A stretch of 64,000 bases of DNA from Candidatus Eiseniibacteriota bacterium (GTDB lineage: Bacteria; Eisenbacteria; RBG-16-71-46), in contig OY970178.1 in assembly GCA_963707915.1 (NCBI GenBank), forward strand, positions 2,592,001 through 2,656,000, in the 5' to 3' direction. Positions 38,998 through 51,161 of the stretch are shown here, in pieces. Both the position numbers and the translations under genes were made by a program. Below the pieces are notes generated by a model, which saw only the letters and a program-made list of their open reading frames with translations, was not told where the DNA came from and made no database searches. Position 1 is the stretch's first letter; each line of letters opens with the position of its first letter.

Positions 38998-40065
38998 GTG
39001 AGCGGCCGGCGCGCCCCGCTCGGCAAGATCGCGCCCGGGCAGTTCGAGCGCGTCATCGCTCCGCGCCTGGGGGCGGCGCGTGCCGAGGTGCTGGTGGGGC
39101 CGCGCGCGGGGCAGGACTCCGCCATCGTGAGGCTCGGCGGCGGGCGCGTGCTCGCCGTCACCACCGACCCGCTCTCGGTCGTGCCCGCGCTCGGCTTCGA
39201 GGCCTCGGCGCGGCTCTCCTGCCACCTGATCGCCTCGGACCTGTGGACCACCGGCATCGCGCCCGCCTGGGCCTCGGTCACCTTCAACCTGCCGCCGCAG
39301 ATGGGCGACGCCGAGTTCGCGACCTACTGGCGCGCGATGAGCGACGAGTGGGCGCGGCTGGGCGTGGCGGTCGTGACCGGGCACACCGGGCGCTACGAGG
39401 GCTGCGACTACTCGATCATCGGCGCGGGCACGCTGATGGGCGCGGGCGACGAATCCGGCTACCTCACGCCGGCGATGGCCCGGCCCGGCGATCGCGTGAT
39501 CGTGACCAAGGGCTGCGCCATCGAGGCCACGGCGATCGCGGCGTGGCTGTTCCCGCTGCGGCTGGGCGACCGGCTGGGCGCCGAGGGCGTCGAGCGCGCC
39601 CGGACGCTGCTCGCCCAGGTCAGCGTCGTGGCCGACTGCCGGGCGGCGCTGCGCGTCGGCGTGCGCGAGCACGGCGTGACGGCGCTGCACGACGCCACCG
39701 AGGGCGGCGTGCTCGGCGGCCTGCTCGAGCTGGCGCTGGCCTGCGGGCACGACCTCGCGGTCGAGCGGGGGAGGATCCCGCTGGTGCCCGAGGCGCGGGC
39801 GGCCTGCGAGGTGTTCGGCACCGATCCGTACTGGACGCTCTCGGAAGGCACGCTGATCGCGACGGCGCGGCCGGCGCATTCGGCGGCCGTGCTCGAGGCG
39901 CTCGCCGGGGCGGGGATCGCGGCGGCCGACGTGGGCGAGGTCGTGCCCGGCAGCGGGAGATTGAGGCTCGCGGAGCCGGATGGCGGCACCAGCGTGTTCG
40001 ACGAGCCCCGGGCCGACCCGTACTGGCCGGCCTACCAGCGGGCGGTCGACGAGGGCTGGCGCTAG
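38998..40065 (+). CDS. AIR synthase-related (PurM/HypE-like) protein
   Basis: GP..GQDSA, TTDP, VTGHT, PGD.VIVTK, HDATEGG, DPY..LSEGTL. Confidence 0.85.
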   Translation: MSGRRAPLGKIAPGQFERVIAPRLGAARAEVLVGPRAGQDSAIVRLGGGRVLAVTTDPLSVVPALGFEASARLSCHLIASDLWTTGIAPAWASVTFNLPPQMGDAEFATYWRAMSDEWARLGVAVVTGHTGRYEGCDYSIIGAGTLMGAGDESGYLTPAMARPGDRVIVTKGCAIEATAIAAWLFPLRLGDRLGAEGVERARTLLAQVSVVADCRAALRVGVREHGVTALHDATEGGVLGGLLELALACGHDLAVERGRIPLVPEARAACEVFGTDPYWTLSEGTLIATARPAHSAAVLEALAGAGIAAADVGEVVPGSGRLRLAEPDGGTSVFDEPRADPYWPAYQRAVDEGWR

Positions 40066-40183
40066 GCCCGCCGGACCGTCCCGCAGCGCGGAGCGCAGGG
40101 GGCCCCGGGGTGTCCCACCCCGGAGCCTCGTCTGCGCAGGCGGCGCCCGGGGCGAAGGACCCGGGCGCGCCGTGTCCCCGCCG

Positions 40184-40975
40184 CTATTCCGCCGTCAGCT
40201 GGATCTCTCCCACCGGCGTGACCTGCTGCGCAACGACGGCGACTCCGGCGAGCGACGTGTCGCGGTAGCCCGCCTCGGGATGGATGGCGAGCGTATAGGT
40301 GCCGGCCTTCAGCAGCGTCAGCACGAAGTGCCCGTCGAGGTTCGGCATCCCGGCCGCGAGGGTGTCGGCGCCGGAGATGGCATAGACCGATGCCGCCGTG
40401 CTGTCCGGCACCAGCGTGCCGGCGATGCCGCCCACGTCGGTCATCGGCAACACGCGGCAGGTGGGAGCGAGCATGTACCTGCCGTTGCCGGTCCGGTGGA
40501 TGGAGCGCGCGGCATCGAAGTCGAGGGCCAGCTCCAGCAGGCCGCTGGCGGGCACGTCGAACTCGCCCACCAGCTTGTAGCCGCTCTGCAGGCCGCTCGG
40601 CACCGTCAGCGGGTAGGTGACGCCGCCCACGACGACGTTCGAGCCCGGGCCGAGCTTGAGCCGGACCTGCGTGTAGTGGCCGGCAGGCGCGAGGCCTTCG
40701 GCGAGCGTGGTGAACAGGCCGTTGCGCAGCTTCATCAGGTCGTAGGTCGCGGCGCGATCGCTCAGGATCTCCCAGCCGCTGAGCGAGTCGGCCGACTCGC
40801 GGTGGATGGCGACCTGGTTGACCACCAGGTTCACGGCGTCGTAGGGACCGGGGGCATCGGTCATCCGGATGCGGACCGTGCCGGTGGTGGCGGTGGTCGT
40901 CGAGGTCGGCCTGGCCGAGCAGCCGACCAGCGCCAGCAGCGCGACGGCGGCGACAAGCGCAAGGAGCGGACGCAT
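40184..40975 (-). CDS. DUF4382-like lipoprotein with carboxypeptidase-regulatory-like C-terminal domain
   Basis: Lipobox LVGC; IRMTDAP, DLMKLRNG, G.YTQVRL, L.VPSG.QSG.K, LDFDAARSI. Confidence 0.8.
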   Translation of the reverse strand: MRPLLALVAAVALLALVGCSARPTSTTTATTGTVRIRMTDAPGPYDAVNLVVNQVAIHRESADSLSGWEILSDRAATYDLMKLRNGLFTTLAEGLAPAGHYTQVRLKLGPGSNVVVGGVTYPLTVPSGLQSGYKLVGEFDVPASGLLELALDFDAARSIHRTGNGRYMLAPTCRVLPMTDVGGIAGTLVPDSTAASVYAISGADTLAAGMPNLDGHFVLTLLKAGTYTLAIHPEAGYRDTSLAGVAVVAQQVTPVGEIQLTAE

Positions 40976-41225
40976 GCGGGTCACCTCGTGGGGGAAGGGA
41001 CAGGATCCGGGCCGGGCGCGTGGGGAGTCCGCGCCGACCCGTCGGCGGATGATACCCATCCTGGCCCGGTTGGATGCGCAGTTCCTGCGAAAAGTGCCGC
41101 GTCGCGCAGGGCCATTTCCCGCAGCCGCGTGCGGGCCGCCATCGGATCCCGGTATCCCTTGCGCCCCATGCAAGTCCACCGCCCGGACCGGCGCGGACGA
41201 GCCCGCTGTCCCGCGCGGTGACGCG

Positions 41226-43082
41226 CTACTTCTCCAGCACGTCCTCGGGCGGGATGCGCAGTGCCCGGGCGACCGGGACCAGGTCCTGCTCGGGGTCGGC
41301 CCACGGCGAGCGGCGGTAGAAGAACTCCAGCCGCTCGTGCGGGTCGCGGGCGAAGGCCGAGTCGCCGGCCACCCGCGCGCGGAACTCGCGGGCCAGCGCC
41401 GGGTCGTCCTGCATCATCCGGCGCGCCAGCGGCTCGACCACGTAGGCCTCGGCGTACTCCTTCTTCTCGAGCACGGTGTCGAAGAAGTTCCAGCGCGCGA
41501 GCGCGTCGGGCGCCTGCGCCTCGAGCAGGTGCACGGCCACCAGGGCCGAGCGCTGGTCGAGCGGCACCCAGGCGTCGCCGGGCCGGAACGTCCGCGGGCG
41601 CCGCACCGGCTCGACCCGCGCGATCTTGAGCGGGAAGTGCCCCTCGCTCGGCTCACCCTGCGCCCGCCATTCCACGATGCGCGCCTGCTCCACCGAGTCG
41701 CTCCAGGCCCGCGCGAAGCGGCGGTAGCGCACGCCGTGCACGTCGAGCCGGTCCAGCACCGATCGCCACTCCTGCGGGACGAGGTAGCCGACGGGCTGGG
41801 TCACGGTGATCGCCGGCACGACCTGCCCGAAGCTCGGCAGGAGCGTGTCCCACGGCGCGCTGCCGTAGCGGATGACCGGTGCGCCCGCGATGTCGCTCAT
41901 CTCGATGACCGGGCGCAGGCCCTTGAACTCGACCATCACGCTCTCCGGCGCGGTGGTCGTGGAGAGCACGACGCGGCGCCTGGCCGGGTCCGGCTCCCGC
42001 CCGCGCGCGACGATCCCGGCCTCGGCCGCTGCCACGGCGTCCGCGAGCTCCTGCGGGCGCGTGCTCACCTCGGCGAGCAGGGCCGAGACCAGGTCGTAGG
42101 TGGCCCGCACGCGCACCTCGTAGGGCTTGAGCATGTGGGTCTCGACCAGGATCGCGGGGCGGCCCTGGAGCGGCGGGTAGCCGGTCGAGAAACGCGGCGG
42201 CGCGTCGCCACCCCGCAGACCGCTCCGCAGGTCCGACCAGTCGCGGAACGAGATGTAGGGCGCCGCGAGGTGCCCCATCCGCTCGAGGGCGGGGACCACG
42301 CGGCCCGCGAAGGCCGTCTCCAGCCAGCCGGTCACGCTCGCGGGATCCTCGGGTCCGGAGTTGTAGCCCCAGGTCACGTCGTAGCGGTAGTCGGCACCGT
42401 CGGTGGTGTGGGTGTCCACCAGCAGGTCCGGCCACCAGCGCGTGAAGACGCGCGAGAGGAAGGCGCGCATCTCGGGCGCCTCGGCCTTCATGTAGTCGCG
42501 GTTCAGGTTCAGCCCGATCGGCGTGGTGCGCCAGCCCATCTCCTCGGGACCGTTCTGGTTGATGCGGTTGAAGCGACTGCGGCGCTCGTGGGCGTCCGGC
42601 GAGAACATCGGCACGACCAGCAGGATGCAGTGGTCGAGCAGGTCCTGCTGGCGGCCCGTGACGGCGATGTCCCGCAGCAGCGCCAGCATGGCGTCCTTGC
42701 CCTCGATCTCGCCGGAGTGCACGCCGCACTGGACCAGCACCACGGGCCGGCCGGTGAGGCGCGCGGCCTCGGGCGTGAACGCGCGGCCCTTCGCGGCGAC
42801 GACGAGCAGGAGCTCGCGTCCCTGTCCGCTCGTGCCGAATGACTCGACGTGGATCAGGGGCGAGGCGGCCTGCAGCCGGCGCACGTACTCGGCGGTCTCG
42901 TCGTACGTCGAAGTCAGGCGGTAGCCCGAGCGCTCGGCGCGCGTGGTCCAGTAGGTGGAGAGCTCCGCCACCGGCGCCATGGGCCGCGGCGCCAGCGTGT
43001 CGGCGCGGACCTGGGCGGCGGCCGTCCCGGGGACCGGCAGGGCGGCGAGGACCAGCGCGAGCGCGGCGACGAGCGGGAACAT
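41226..43082 (-). CDS. Secreted M14 family zinc carboxypeptidase
   Basis: Signal peptide; G.S.QGR, HSGE, NLNRD, DTH, ETH. Confidence 0.88.
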   Translation of the reverse strand: MFPLVAALALVLAALPVPGTAAAQVRADTLAPRPMAPVAELSTYWTTRAERSGYRLTSTYDETAEYVRRLQAASPLIHVESFGTSGQGRELLLVVAAKGRAFTPEAARLTGRPVVLVQCGVHSGEIEGKDAMLALLRDIAVTGRQQDLLDHCILLVVPMFSPDAHERRSRFNRINQNGPEEMGWRTTPIGLNLNRDYMKAEAPEMRAFLSRVFTRWWPDLLVDTHTTDGADYRYDVTWGYNSGPEDPASVTGWLETAFAGRVVPALERMGHLAAPYISFRDWSDLRSGLRGGDAPPRFSTGYPPLQGRPAILVETHMLKPYEVRVRATYDLVSALLAEVSTRPQELADAVAAAEAGIVARGREPDPARRRVVLSTTTAPESVMVEFKGLRPVIEMSDIAGAPVIRYGSAPWDTLLPSFGQVVPAITVTQPVGYLVPQEWRSVLDRLDVHGVRYRRFARAWSDSVEQARIVEWRAQGEPSEGHFPLKIARVEPVRRPRTFRPGDAWVPLDQRSALVAVHLLEAQAPDALARWNFFDTVLEKKEYAEAYVVEPLARRMMQDDPALAREFRARVAGDSAFARDPHERLEFFYRRSPWADPEQDLVPVARALRIPPEDVLEK

Positions 43083-43131
43083 GCGCGCAGGATAGCACAC
43101 GGGTACGCGCGGATCGCGCCGGCGGGCCAGG

Positions 43132-43893
43132 CTAGAGCAACTCCTTCAGCCGCGCGTGGCCCGAGCGGCTCACGGGGATCTGGCGGCCGTCCTTGAGCAC
43201 GGCGACGTGGCTGTCCTTGGCGTACAACTCGAGCCGCGCGAGCCGCTCGACGTTGAGCACGTAGGAGCGGTGGACGCGCACGAAGCGCGCGGGGTCGAGC
43301 CCGGCCGCCGTCTCGGCCAGGCCCTGCGGCTTGAGGTGGGTCCGGCCCTCGGCGTGGATGCCGACGTAGTCGTCCTGGGCCTCGATCCAGTCCACGCGGT
43401 CCACCGGGATGACGTGCACGTTCGGGCCGTCCTTGACCAGCAGGCGTTCGACGAACGTGCCGGGAGGGCGCGCGGCCGCCGCGAGCGTGGCGGCCGGCGG
43501 GATCGAGGGCGGCGCCTCGGTGCCGAGGTGCGTGCGGGCGTGGGCGAGCGCCTCGCCGAGGCGCTCGCGGGTGACGGGCTTGAGCACGTAGTCCACCGCG
43601 TGCACCTCGAAGGCGCGCAGGGCGTACTCGTCGTAGGCGGTCACGAACACCACCGCAGGCGGCCGCTCCAGCAGCTCCAGCACCTCGAAGCCGTCGAGCT
43701 TGGGCATCTGGATGTCGAGGAACACCACGTCGGGCGCGGTCTCGCCGATGGTCTTGACCGCCTCGAAGCCGTTGGCGCACTCGCCCACGATCTCGACGTC
43801 GCCGGAGCGGGCGAGGTACTCGCGCAGCAGGGCGCGCGCGGGCGCCTCGTCGTCCACGACGACGACGCGCAGGGGACGGGACTCAGCCAGCAT
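43132..43893 (-). CDS. LytTR family response regulator
   Basis: VVDDE, FLDIQMP, FVTAYDEYA, DYVLKP; LytTR FVRVHRSYVLN, PVSR. Confidence 0.95.
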   Translation of the reverse strand: MLAESRPLRVVVVDDEAPARALLREYLARSGDVEIVGECANGFEAVKTIGETAPDVVFLDIQMPKLDGFEVLELLERPPAVVFVTAYDEYALRAFEVHAVDYVLKPVTRERLGEALAHARTHLGTEAPPSIPPAATLAAAARPPGTFVERLLVKDGPNVHVIPVDRVDWIEAQDDYVGIHAEGRTHLKPQGLAETAAGLDPARFVRVHRSYVLNVERLARLELYAKDSHVAVLKDGRQIPVSRSGHARLKELL

Positions 43894-45004
43894 GCGTTCC
43901 TCCGGGGGTGGGGGCCGGCCGCGCGGCGGGCTGGGCGTGGACGCCCGCCACGAGCGCGGGCAGGGTGAGCGCGACGCGGAAGCTCTCGGGCCGCTCGAGC
44001 ACGTCGACGTGCGCGTGGCGCGGGTCGAGGGCGTTCAGGCGCCGGCGCACGTTCTCGAGCCCCAGTCCGCTGCCGCGACGCGCGGGAGCCTCGGGGTCGC
44101 GCGGGTTCTCGACCGCGATCTCGAGCGCGTCGCCGCGCCGGCGCGCCTCGATGCGCACCGTGCCGCCCTCGATGCGGTCGGCCACGCCGTGCTTCACCGC
44201 GTTCTCGACCAGCGGCTGGATGAGCAGCGGCGGCACCAGGCAGGCCAGCGCGGCGGGCTCGACCGCGCGCTCGACCACCAGGCGGCCGCCGAAGCGCACC
44301 TGCTCGACCGCGAGGTAGCGGCCCGCGAGCGCCAACTCCTCCTCGAAGGTGACGCGCTCGCGTCCGCCGAGCGACAGGCTGGTGCGCAGGAAGTCGCCGA
44401 GCAGGCCGCACATGGTGCGCGCGGCCTCGGCGTCCGCGCCGGCCAGCGCGCTGATGGAGTTGAGGCTGTTGAACAGGAAGTGCGGGTTGAGCTGGGCGCG
44501 CAGCGCGCGCAACTCGGCCTCGCGCGCGGTGACCTGGGTCTGCAGCAGGCGGCGCTCGGCCTCGCGGGCGTTCTCGAACGCCAGCACGAAGTAGTGGCCG
44601 ACCAGCGACTGCAGGTAGAGCACCACGCCGGCGACCCAGACCAGCACGAGGTCGGCGGCCAGTCCCTCGGTCCCCGGGCCCAGTCCGAAGCGCCGCCGCA
44701 GGAATACGTCCCAGGCCGCGGCGATGACCACCCACGCCAGGCTGGCCTGGATCGCCGCGCCGCCGCCGGCGCCGAGCAGGCGCAGCGCGGAGGTGCGCTC
44801 GATCGGGTGGGCGCGGCACACCCACCAGGCCGACAGGCAGATGAAGGCGTAGACCAGCGTGAGCGGCGCGGCGAAAGCCAGCGCGGCCCCGGCGCTCTCC
44901 CGCGCGCCCAGCCCGCCGAGCAGGGCGGTCAGCAGCGCGCAGATGCCGGCCCAGCCGAGCAGGTAGAGCGCGAGGCGCAGGCGGGTGCGGAACAGCGGGT
45001 GCAT
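43883..45004 (-). CDS. LytS/YehU-type sensor histidine kinase
   Basis: N-terminal TMs; LRAQLNPHFLFNSLN, QPLVENAVKHG, GSGLGLENV. Confidence 0.93.
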   Translation of the reverse strand: MHPLFRTRLRLALYLLGWAGICALLTALLGGLGARESAGAALAFAAPLTLVYAFICLSAWWVCRAHPIERTSALRLLGAGGGAAIQASLAWVVIAAAWDVFLRRRFGLGPGTEGLAADLVLVWVAGVVLYLQSLVGHYFVLAFENAREAERRLLQTQVTAREAELRALRAQLNPHFLFNSLNSISALAGADAEAARTMCGLLGDFLRTSLSLGGRERVTFEEELALAGRYLAVEQVRFGGRLVVERAVEPAALACLVPPLLIQPLVENAVKHGVADRIEGGTVRIEARRRGDALEIAVENPRDPEAPARRGSGLGLENVRRRLNALDPRHAHVDVLERPESFRVALTLPALVAGVHAQPAARPAPTPGGTHAG

Positions 45005-45783
45005 CAGTTCTTCACCTCGACGCCGCCCATCATGACGAGGCCCTTGACGACCAGGTGCCCACGGGCGTCCCCCGCCACGAGCCGCGTCGAGTCCTCGATG
45101 CCGCCCATGAAGGGCATGGCCTCGACGGTCACCCGCCAGTCGGCCGGCACGAACAGGTCCACGCCGCCCCACAGCACCAGCACCTCGATGACCGCCTCGC
45201 CGCCCGCCAGCCGCGCCTGGCGCAGGTCGATCTCGGCGCCGCCCATGACGGCGGTCACGTCGCCCCCGCGGAACTCCTGGCTCGCGACCTTGCGCTCGAG
45301 GCCGGACCACATCACGAAGGTGTTGAGCGTGGCGTCGGCCGCGCCGGTGCCGCTGCTCGCGGGCCCGAGCCCCATGGCGCTCGCGAACGCGCCGCCCGGT
45401 CCGCCGGCGGGTCCCGTGCCCCGGCTCGCGCCCGGCTCGTGCAGCCGCTGGCGCCGCATCGAGCCGCGCACCATCGAGAAGCCGATGCCGAGCAGCACGA
45501 ACGGCCAGAACAGGCTCCAGGGGTCGAACGAGACGACGTCGAAGTCGTGCAGCAGGAACAGCGCGCCCGCGACCGTGAAGATGGCGCCGGCGAGGGTGTT
45601 CTGCCGGCAGTTGAAGCCGGTCAGGCGCGCGACGCCGTAGAGGATCGGCACCAGCGGCCACCAGCGCAGGAACCTCCCGGCGTCGAGCAGGCCCACGCTG
45701 TCCAGCGTGAACAGCACGCCGAGCACGATGACGACCACGCCGAAGACCAGGCGGCCGTTCACCGGCATGCGGCTCTCAGGCAT
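45004..45783 (-). CDS. LiaF-like cell-envelope stress membrane protein (DUF5668 + DUF2154-like)
   Basis: Four short TMs with WWP/FWP; C-terminal GG.VTAVMGG.EIDLRQA, WGGVDL.VP.DW.V, MGGVEVKN. Confidence 0.8.
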   Translation of the reverse strand: MPESRMPVNGRLVFGVVVIVLGVLFTLDSVGLLDAGRFLRWWPLVPILYGVARLTGFNCRQNTLAGAIFTVAGALFLLHDFDVVSFDPWSLFWPFVLLGIGFSMVRGSMRRQRLHEPGASRGTGPAGGPGGAFASAMGLGPASSGTGAADATLNTFVMWSGLERKVASQEFRGGDVTAVMGGAEIDLRQARLAGGEAVIEVLVLWGGVDLFVPADWRVTVEAMPFMGGIEDSTRLVAGDARGHLVVKGLVMMGGVEVKN

Positions 45784-46048
45784 GACCCGTCCTCCTCTCC
45801 GCGTGCGCCCCCGTGCGCCACAGCAGTGCCAGCAGCAACGCCGCGCCCAGCGGGGCGGCCAGCAGCGCCGGCCAGCCGGCCTGGCCCACGGCCAGCGCCG
45901 CGCGCCCGGCGGCGCGCAGCACGGCGGCCAGCCCGGGGCAGTGCACCGCGCAGGCCCGCGCCGCGAGCACGGCGACCAGGGTGGACAGCCACGCCAGCGA
46001 CGTGGCGAGCACCGCGGTCACGGCGATCCACGCGTGACGTTCCCTCAT
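45776..46048 (-). CDS. Small hypothetical membrane protein
   Basis: ATG at 46048, two hydrophobic segments, overlaps the next gene start. Confidence 0.5.
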   Translation of the reverse strand: MRERHAWIAVTAVLATSLAWLSTLVAVLAARACAVHCPGLAAVLRAAGRAALAVGQAGWPALLAAPLGAALLLALLWRTGAHAERRTGHA

Positions 46049-46062
46049 CCGGCGCGCCCGAG

Positions 46063-46443
46063 TCAAAGCCCGCCTCCCACGCGGCGGCCGCACTCGCGCG
46101 ACTCGCCGGTCAGGGCGCGGACCACGATGCCGGCGCCGACCGCCACCAGCACGAGCCCCCACGAGTTGTCGTAGCGGAGGCCCCACCAGCCGGACTCGCA
46201 GGCCATGAACCAGCCCCCGAGCAGGAACAGGGTCAGGGCGGACCCGTGGCGCCGCTCGAAGACTCGCACGACCCCGATCGCGACGAGGATGAGCGGCCAC
46301 CACGCGGCCAGCCCGGCCCAACCGAAGATGCCGAGGTGCCCCACCAGGAACAGCGTACCCAGCGCGATCAGGAACACGCCCCAGACGATGCGCTTGGTCT
46401 CGCGGACCCCGTCTTGCTGCGCCATCTGCTCCATCTGCTCCAT
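46063..46443 (-). CDS. Small LiaF/LiaI-like (DUF5668) membrane protein
   Basis: RBS AGGAGG; WGVFLIALG.LFL, WWPLILVAIG, W.LVLVAVG; paralogous to the N-terminus of 45004..45783. Confidence 0.7.
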   Translation of the reverse strand: MEQMEQMAQQDGVRETKRIVWGVFLIALGTLFLVGHLGIFGWAGLAAWWPLILVAIGVVRVFERRHGSALTLFLLGGWFMACESGWWGLRYDNSWGLVLVAVGAGIVVRALTGESRECGRRVGGGL

Positions 46444-46607
46444 CGCCTTCCTCCTTGGGCCGCGGTTGCGGCCTCCACGAGGAATCTACGGTCGGAACCC
46501 CCCGCGGTCGCGGTCGATTCGGCGGTTGGAGGCGGGGAACCGGCGAACGGCGGCAGGGGGGCGCGGGCGCGGGGGCGCCGGCGGAGCGCGGGCCCCGGGC
46601 GTGCGGC

Positions 46608-47831
46608 CTAGGTGGTGTAGTGGGCGTTGATGGCGACGTACTCGGCGCTCAGGTCGCACGTCCACACCGTGTCGTGCGCGTCGCCCAGCCCGAGGTCGAG
46701 CGTGACCTGCACCGGGTCCATCCGCAGCAGCGCCGCCGCGTCCCGCTCCTCGTGGGGCGCGCGCCGTCCTTCGGAGACGACCCGCAACCCGCGGTCCGAC
46801 GGCCCGAAGGAGAGCGCGAGCCGCCCGGGATCGAGCGCGACGCCGCTGGCGCCCGCGGCGGCCAGGATGCGGCCCCAGTTCGGATCGCCGCCGTGGATCG
46901 CGGCCCGGACCAGGCTCGAACGCGCGATGGCGTCCGCGACGGCGTGGGCCTGCGCCGCGTCCGGCGCGCCGGTCACGGCGATCTCGACCAGGCGCGTGGC
47001 GCCCTCGCCGTCGCGCGCGATCTGCCGGGCCAGCGAGACGCACGCCGCGGCGAGCGCCGCGGTGAACGCGGGCAGCCCGCCGTCGTCCACCTCGAGCCCC
47101 GAGGCGCCCGAGGCGAGCGCCAGCACCGTGTCGTTGGTGCTCATGTCGCCGTCCACGCTGATGCGGTTGAAGCTCGCATCGGCGGCCGCGCGCAGCGCCC
47201 GGTCGAGCCGGGCGGGCGACACGGCGGCGTCGGTCGTGAGCACCGCGAGCATGGTCGCCATGTTCGGATGGATCATGCCGGAGCCCTTCGCGAAGCCGCG
47301 GATCGCGACGCGCCCGCCGCCGAGCGCGGCCTCGCTCGCGGCGACCTTGGGCCGGGTGTCGGTGGTCATGACGGCCCGTGCCGCCGCCTCCGCGTCGGCT
47401 CCGAGCCGCGCCGCGGCGGCGCGCACGCCGGTCCCGAGGCGGCCCATGTCCAGCCGCGCGCCGATGACGCCGGTCGAGAGCACCAGCATCTCCTCCGGCG
47501 CGCACCCCAGCGCGTCCGCGGCCAGGGCGGCCATCGTGCGCGCGTCGGCGAGGCCCTCGGCCCCGGTGCAGGCGTTGGCGCACCCCGCGTTCGCCACCAC
47601 GCCGCGGAGCCCGGTGCCGCCGCGCGCGAGGACGGTGCGGTCGTGCAGGACGGGCGCGGCCGGCACCCGGCTGGTCGTGAACACGCCGGCGGCGGTGGCC
47701 GGCCGGTCGGCGGCGACGAGGGCCACGTCGAGCGCCCCGCTCGCCTTGAGCCCGCAGGCGGCCGCGCCCGCGCGGAAGCCCGGAGCGAGCCGGAAGCCCC
47801 TGGCGTCGTCGGTGCCGCGTGCGTCGTCCAT
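46608..47831 (-). CDS. argJ: Ornithine acetyltransferase ArgJ
   Basis: GF.A...G.K, NAGCANACTG, STGVIG, MTTDT, KGSGMIHPNMATML, DGDMSTNDT, DGEGAT, DPNWGRI, YV.INA.YTT. Confidence 0.96.
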   Translation of the reverse strand: MDDARGTDDARGFRLAPGFRAGAAACGLKASGALDVALVAADRPATAAGVFTTSRVPAAPVLHDRTVLARGGTGLRGVVANAGCANACTGAEGLADARTMAALAADALGCAPEEMLVLSTGVIGARLDMGRLGTGVRAAAARLGADAEAAARAVMTTDTRPKVAASEAALGGGRVAIRGFAKGSGMIHPNMATMLAVLTTDAAVSPARLDRALRAAADASFNRISVDGDMSTNDTVLALASGASGLEVDDGGLPAFTAALAAACVSLARQIARDGEGATRLVEIAVTGAPDAAQAHAVADAIARSSLVRAAIHGGDPNWGRILAAAGASGVALDPGRLALSFGPSDRGLRVVSEGRRAPHEERDAAALLRMDPVQVTLDLGLGDAHDTVWTCDLSAEYVAINAHYTT

Positions 47832-47881
47832 GCCCTTCCCTCCCGTCCCGGCCGCCGGGCGCCCGCCCGGCGCGTGCCGGC

Positions 47882-49835
<1,954 letters not shown>

Positions 49836-49846
<11 letters not shown>

Positions 49847-51161
49847 GATCCACCTCGGAGGGTGCGCGGTGGGGCGCCGCCGGACGGGCGGGCCCGCCGG
49901 CGGGGGCCGGCACCAGCGCGGCGGCCGGGTCGCCGGCCCACGCGGCCTTCCGCACCTCCGCGTCGCGCCGTGCGGCGGTCGCGAGCGGCAGGCCGAAGAG
50001 CCGGATGAAGCCCCCGGCGTGCGTGGCGTCGTAGCCGGTCATGTCGAACGAGGCGAGCGCCGGCCGGTAGAGCGACCAGGGGCTGGTGCGGGCGACGGCG
50101 CGGGCCTGGCCGTGCCCGATCTCGACCGTGACCTCGCCGGTGGCGGGCTCGAGCGCGCGGTCGGTGAACGACTGCAGTGCCTCGCGCAGCGGCGAGAACC
50201 ACTGCCCGTTGTAGACCAGGTCCGCGTAGCGCGGCGCCAGCTCGGCGCGCGTCCTCAGCAGGTCGTGCGGCAGCACCAGCGCGCACAGGTCCTCGAGCGC
50301 CTCGCGCAGCACGGTGCCGGCGGGGGTCTCGTAGACGCCGCGCGACTTCATGCCGACCAGCCGGCTCTCGACGATGTCCACGCGGCCGACGCCGTGCCGC
50401 CCGGCCCGCGCGTTCAACTCCTCGACCAGCGCCACGGGGCCGAAACGCGTGCCGTCGAGGCTCACCGGCACGCCGGACTCGAAACCGACGACGACCTGCT
50501 CCGCCTGTGCGGGGCGCAGGCCGGGCCCGTTCGTCAGGCGATGCATGCTCTCGGGCGCGACCGTCCCCGGGTCCTCCAGCGGGCCGCCCTCGTGCGAGAG
50601 GTGCCAGAGGTTGCCGTCGCGCGAGAACAGGTCGCGCGAGGTCTGCGCGACCGGGATGCCGTGCCGCGCGGCGTAGGCCAGCGCGTCCTCGCGCGAGACG
50701 ATGTCCCACTCGCGCCACGGCGCGAGCACGGTGAGCTGGGGGGCGAGCGACTGGTAGGCCAGCTCGAAGCGGACCTGGTCGTTGCCCTTGCCGGTGCAGC
50801 CGTGCGCGACGGCATCGGCGCCCAGCTCCAGCGCCCAGTGCACCTGGCGCGCGGCGATGAGCGGGCGGGCGAGCGAGGTGCCGAGCAGGTAGCGGCCCTC
50901 GTAGATCGCGCCGGCGCGCAGCGCCGGGAAGGCGAAGTCGCTCACGAAGGGCTGGCGCAGGTCCTCGATCACGACCTGGCTCGCCCCGCTCGCGTGCGCC
51001 TTGGCCTCGAGTCCCTCGAGTTCGGCACCCTGTCCGACGTCGGAGCAGTAGCACATCACCTCGCAGCCGTGGCGCTCGCGGAGCCAGGGCACGATGATGC
51101 TGGTGTCGAGCCCGCCGGAGTAGGCGAGCATCACCTTCTCGATCTTCCGTCCGTTCTTCAC
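49836..51161 (-). CDS. argG: Argininosuccinate synthase
   Basis: LAYSGGLDTS, YLLGTSLARP, HGCTGKGNDQVRFE, GMKSRGVYETP; GTG start overlapping the argD stop. Confidence 0.97.

Noticed and set aside
38998..40065. Calling the AIR-synthase-like gene hypE or thiL
   Set aside because: No C-terminal PRIC motif of HypE and no hydrogenase genes nearby; only the family level is supported.
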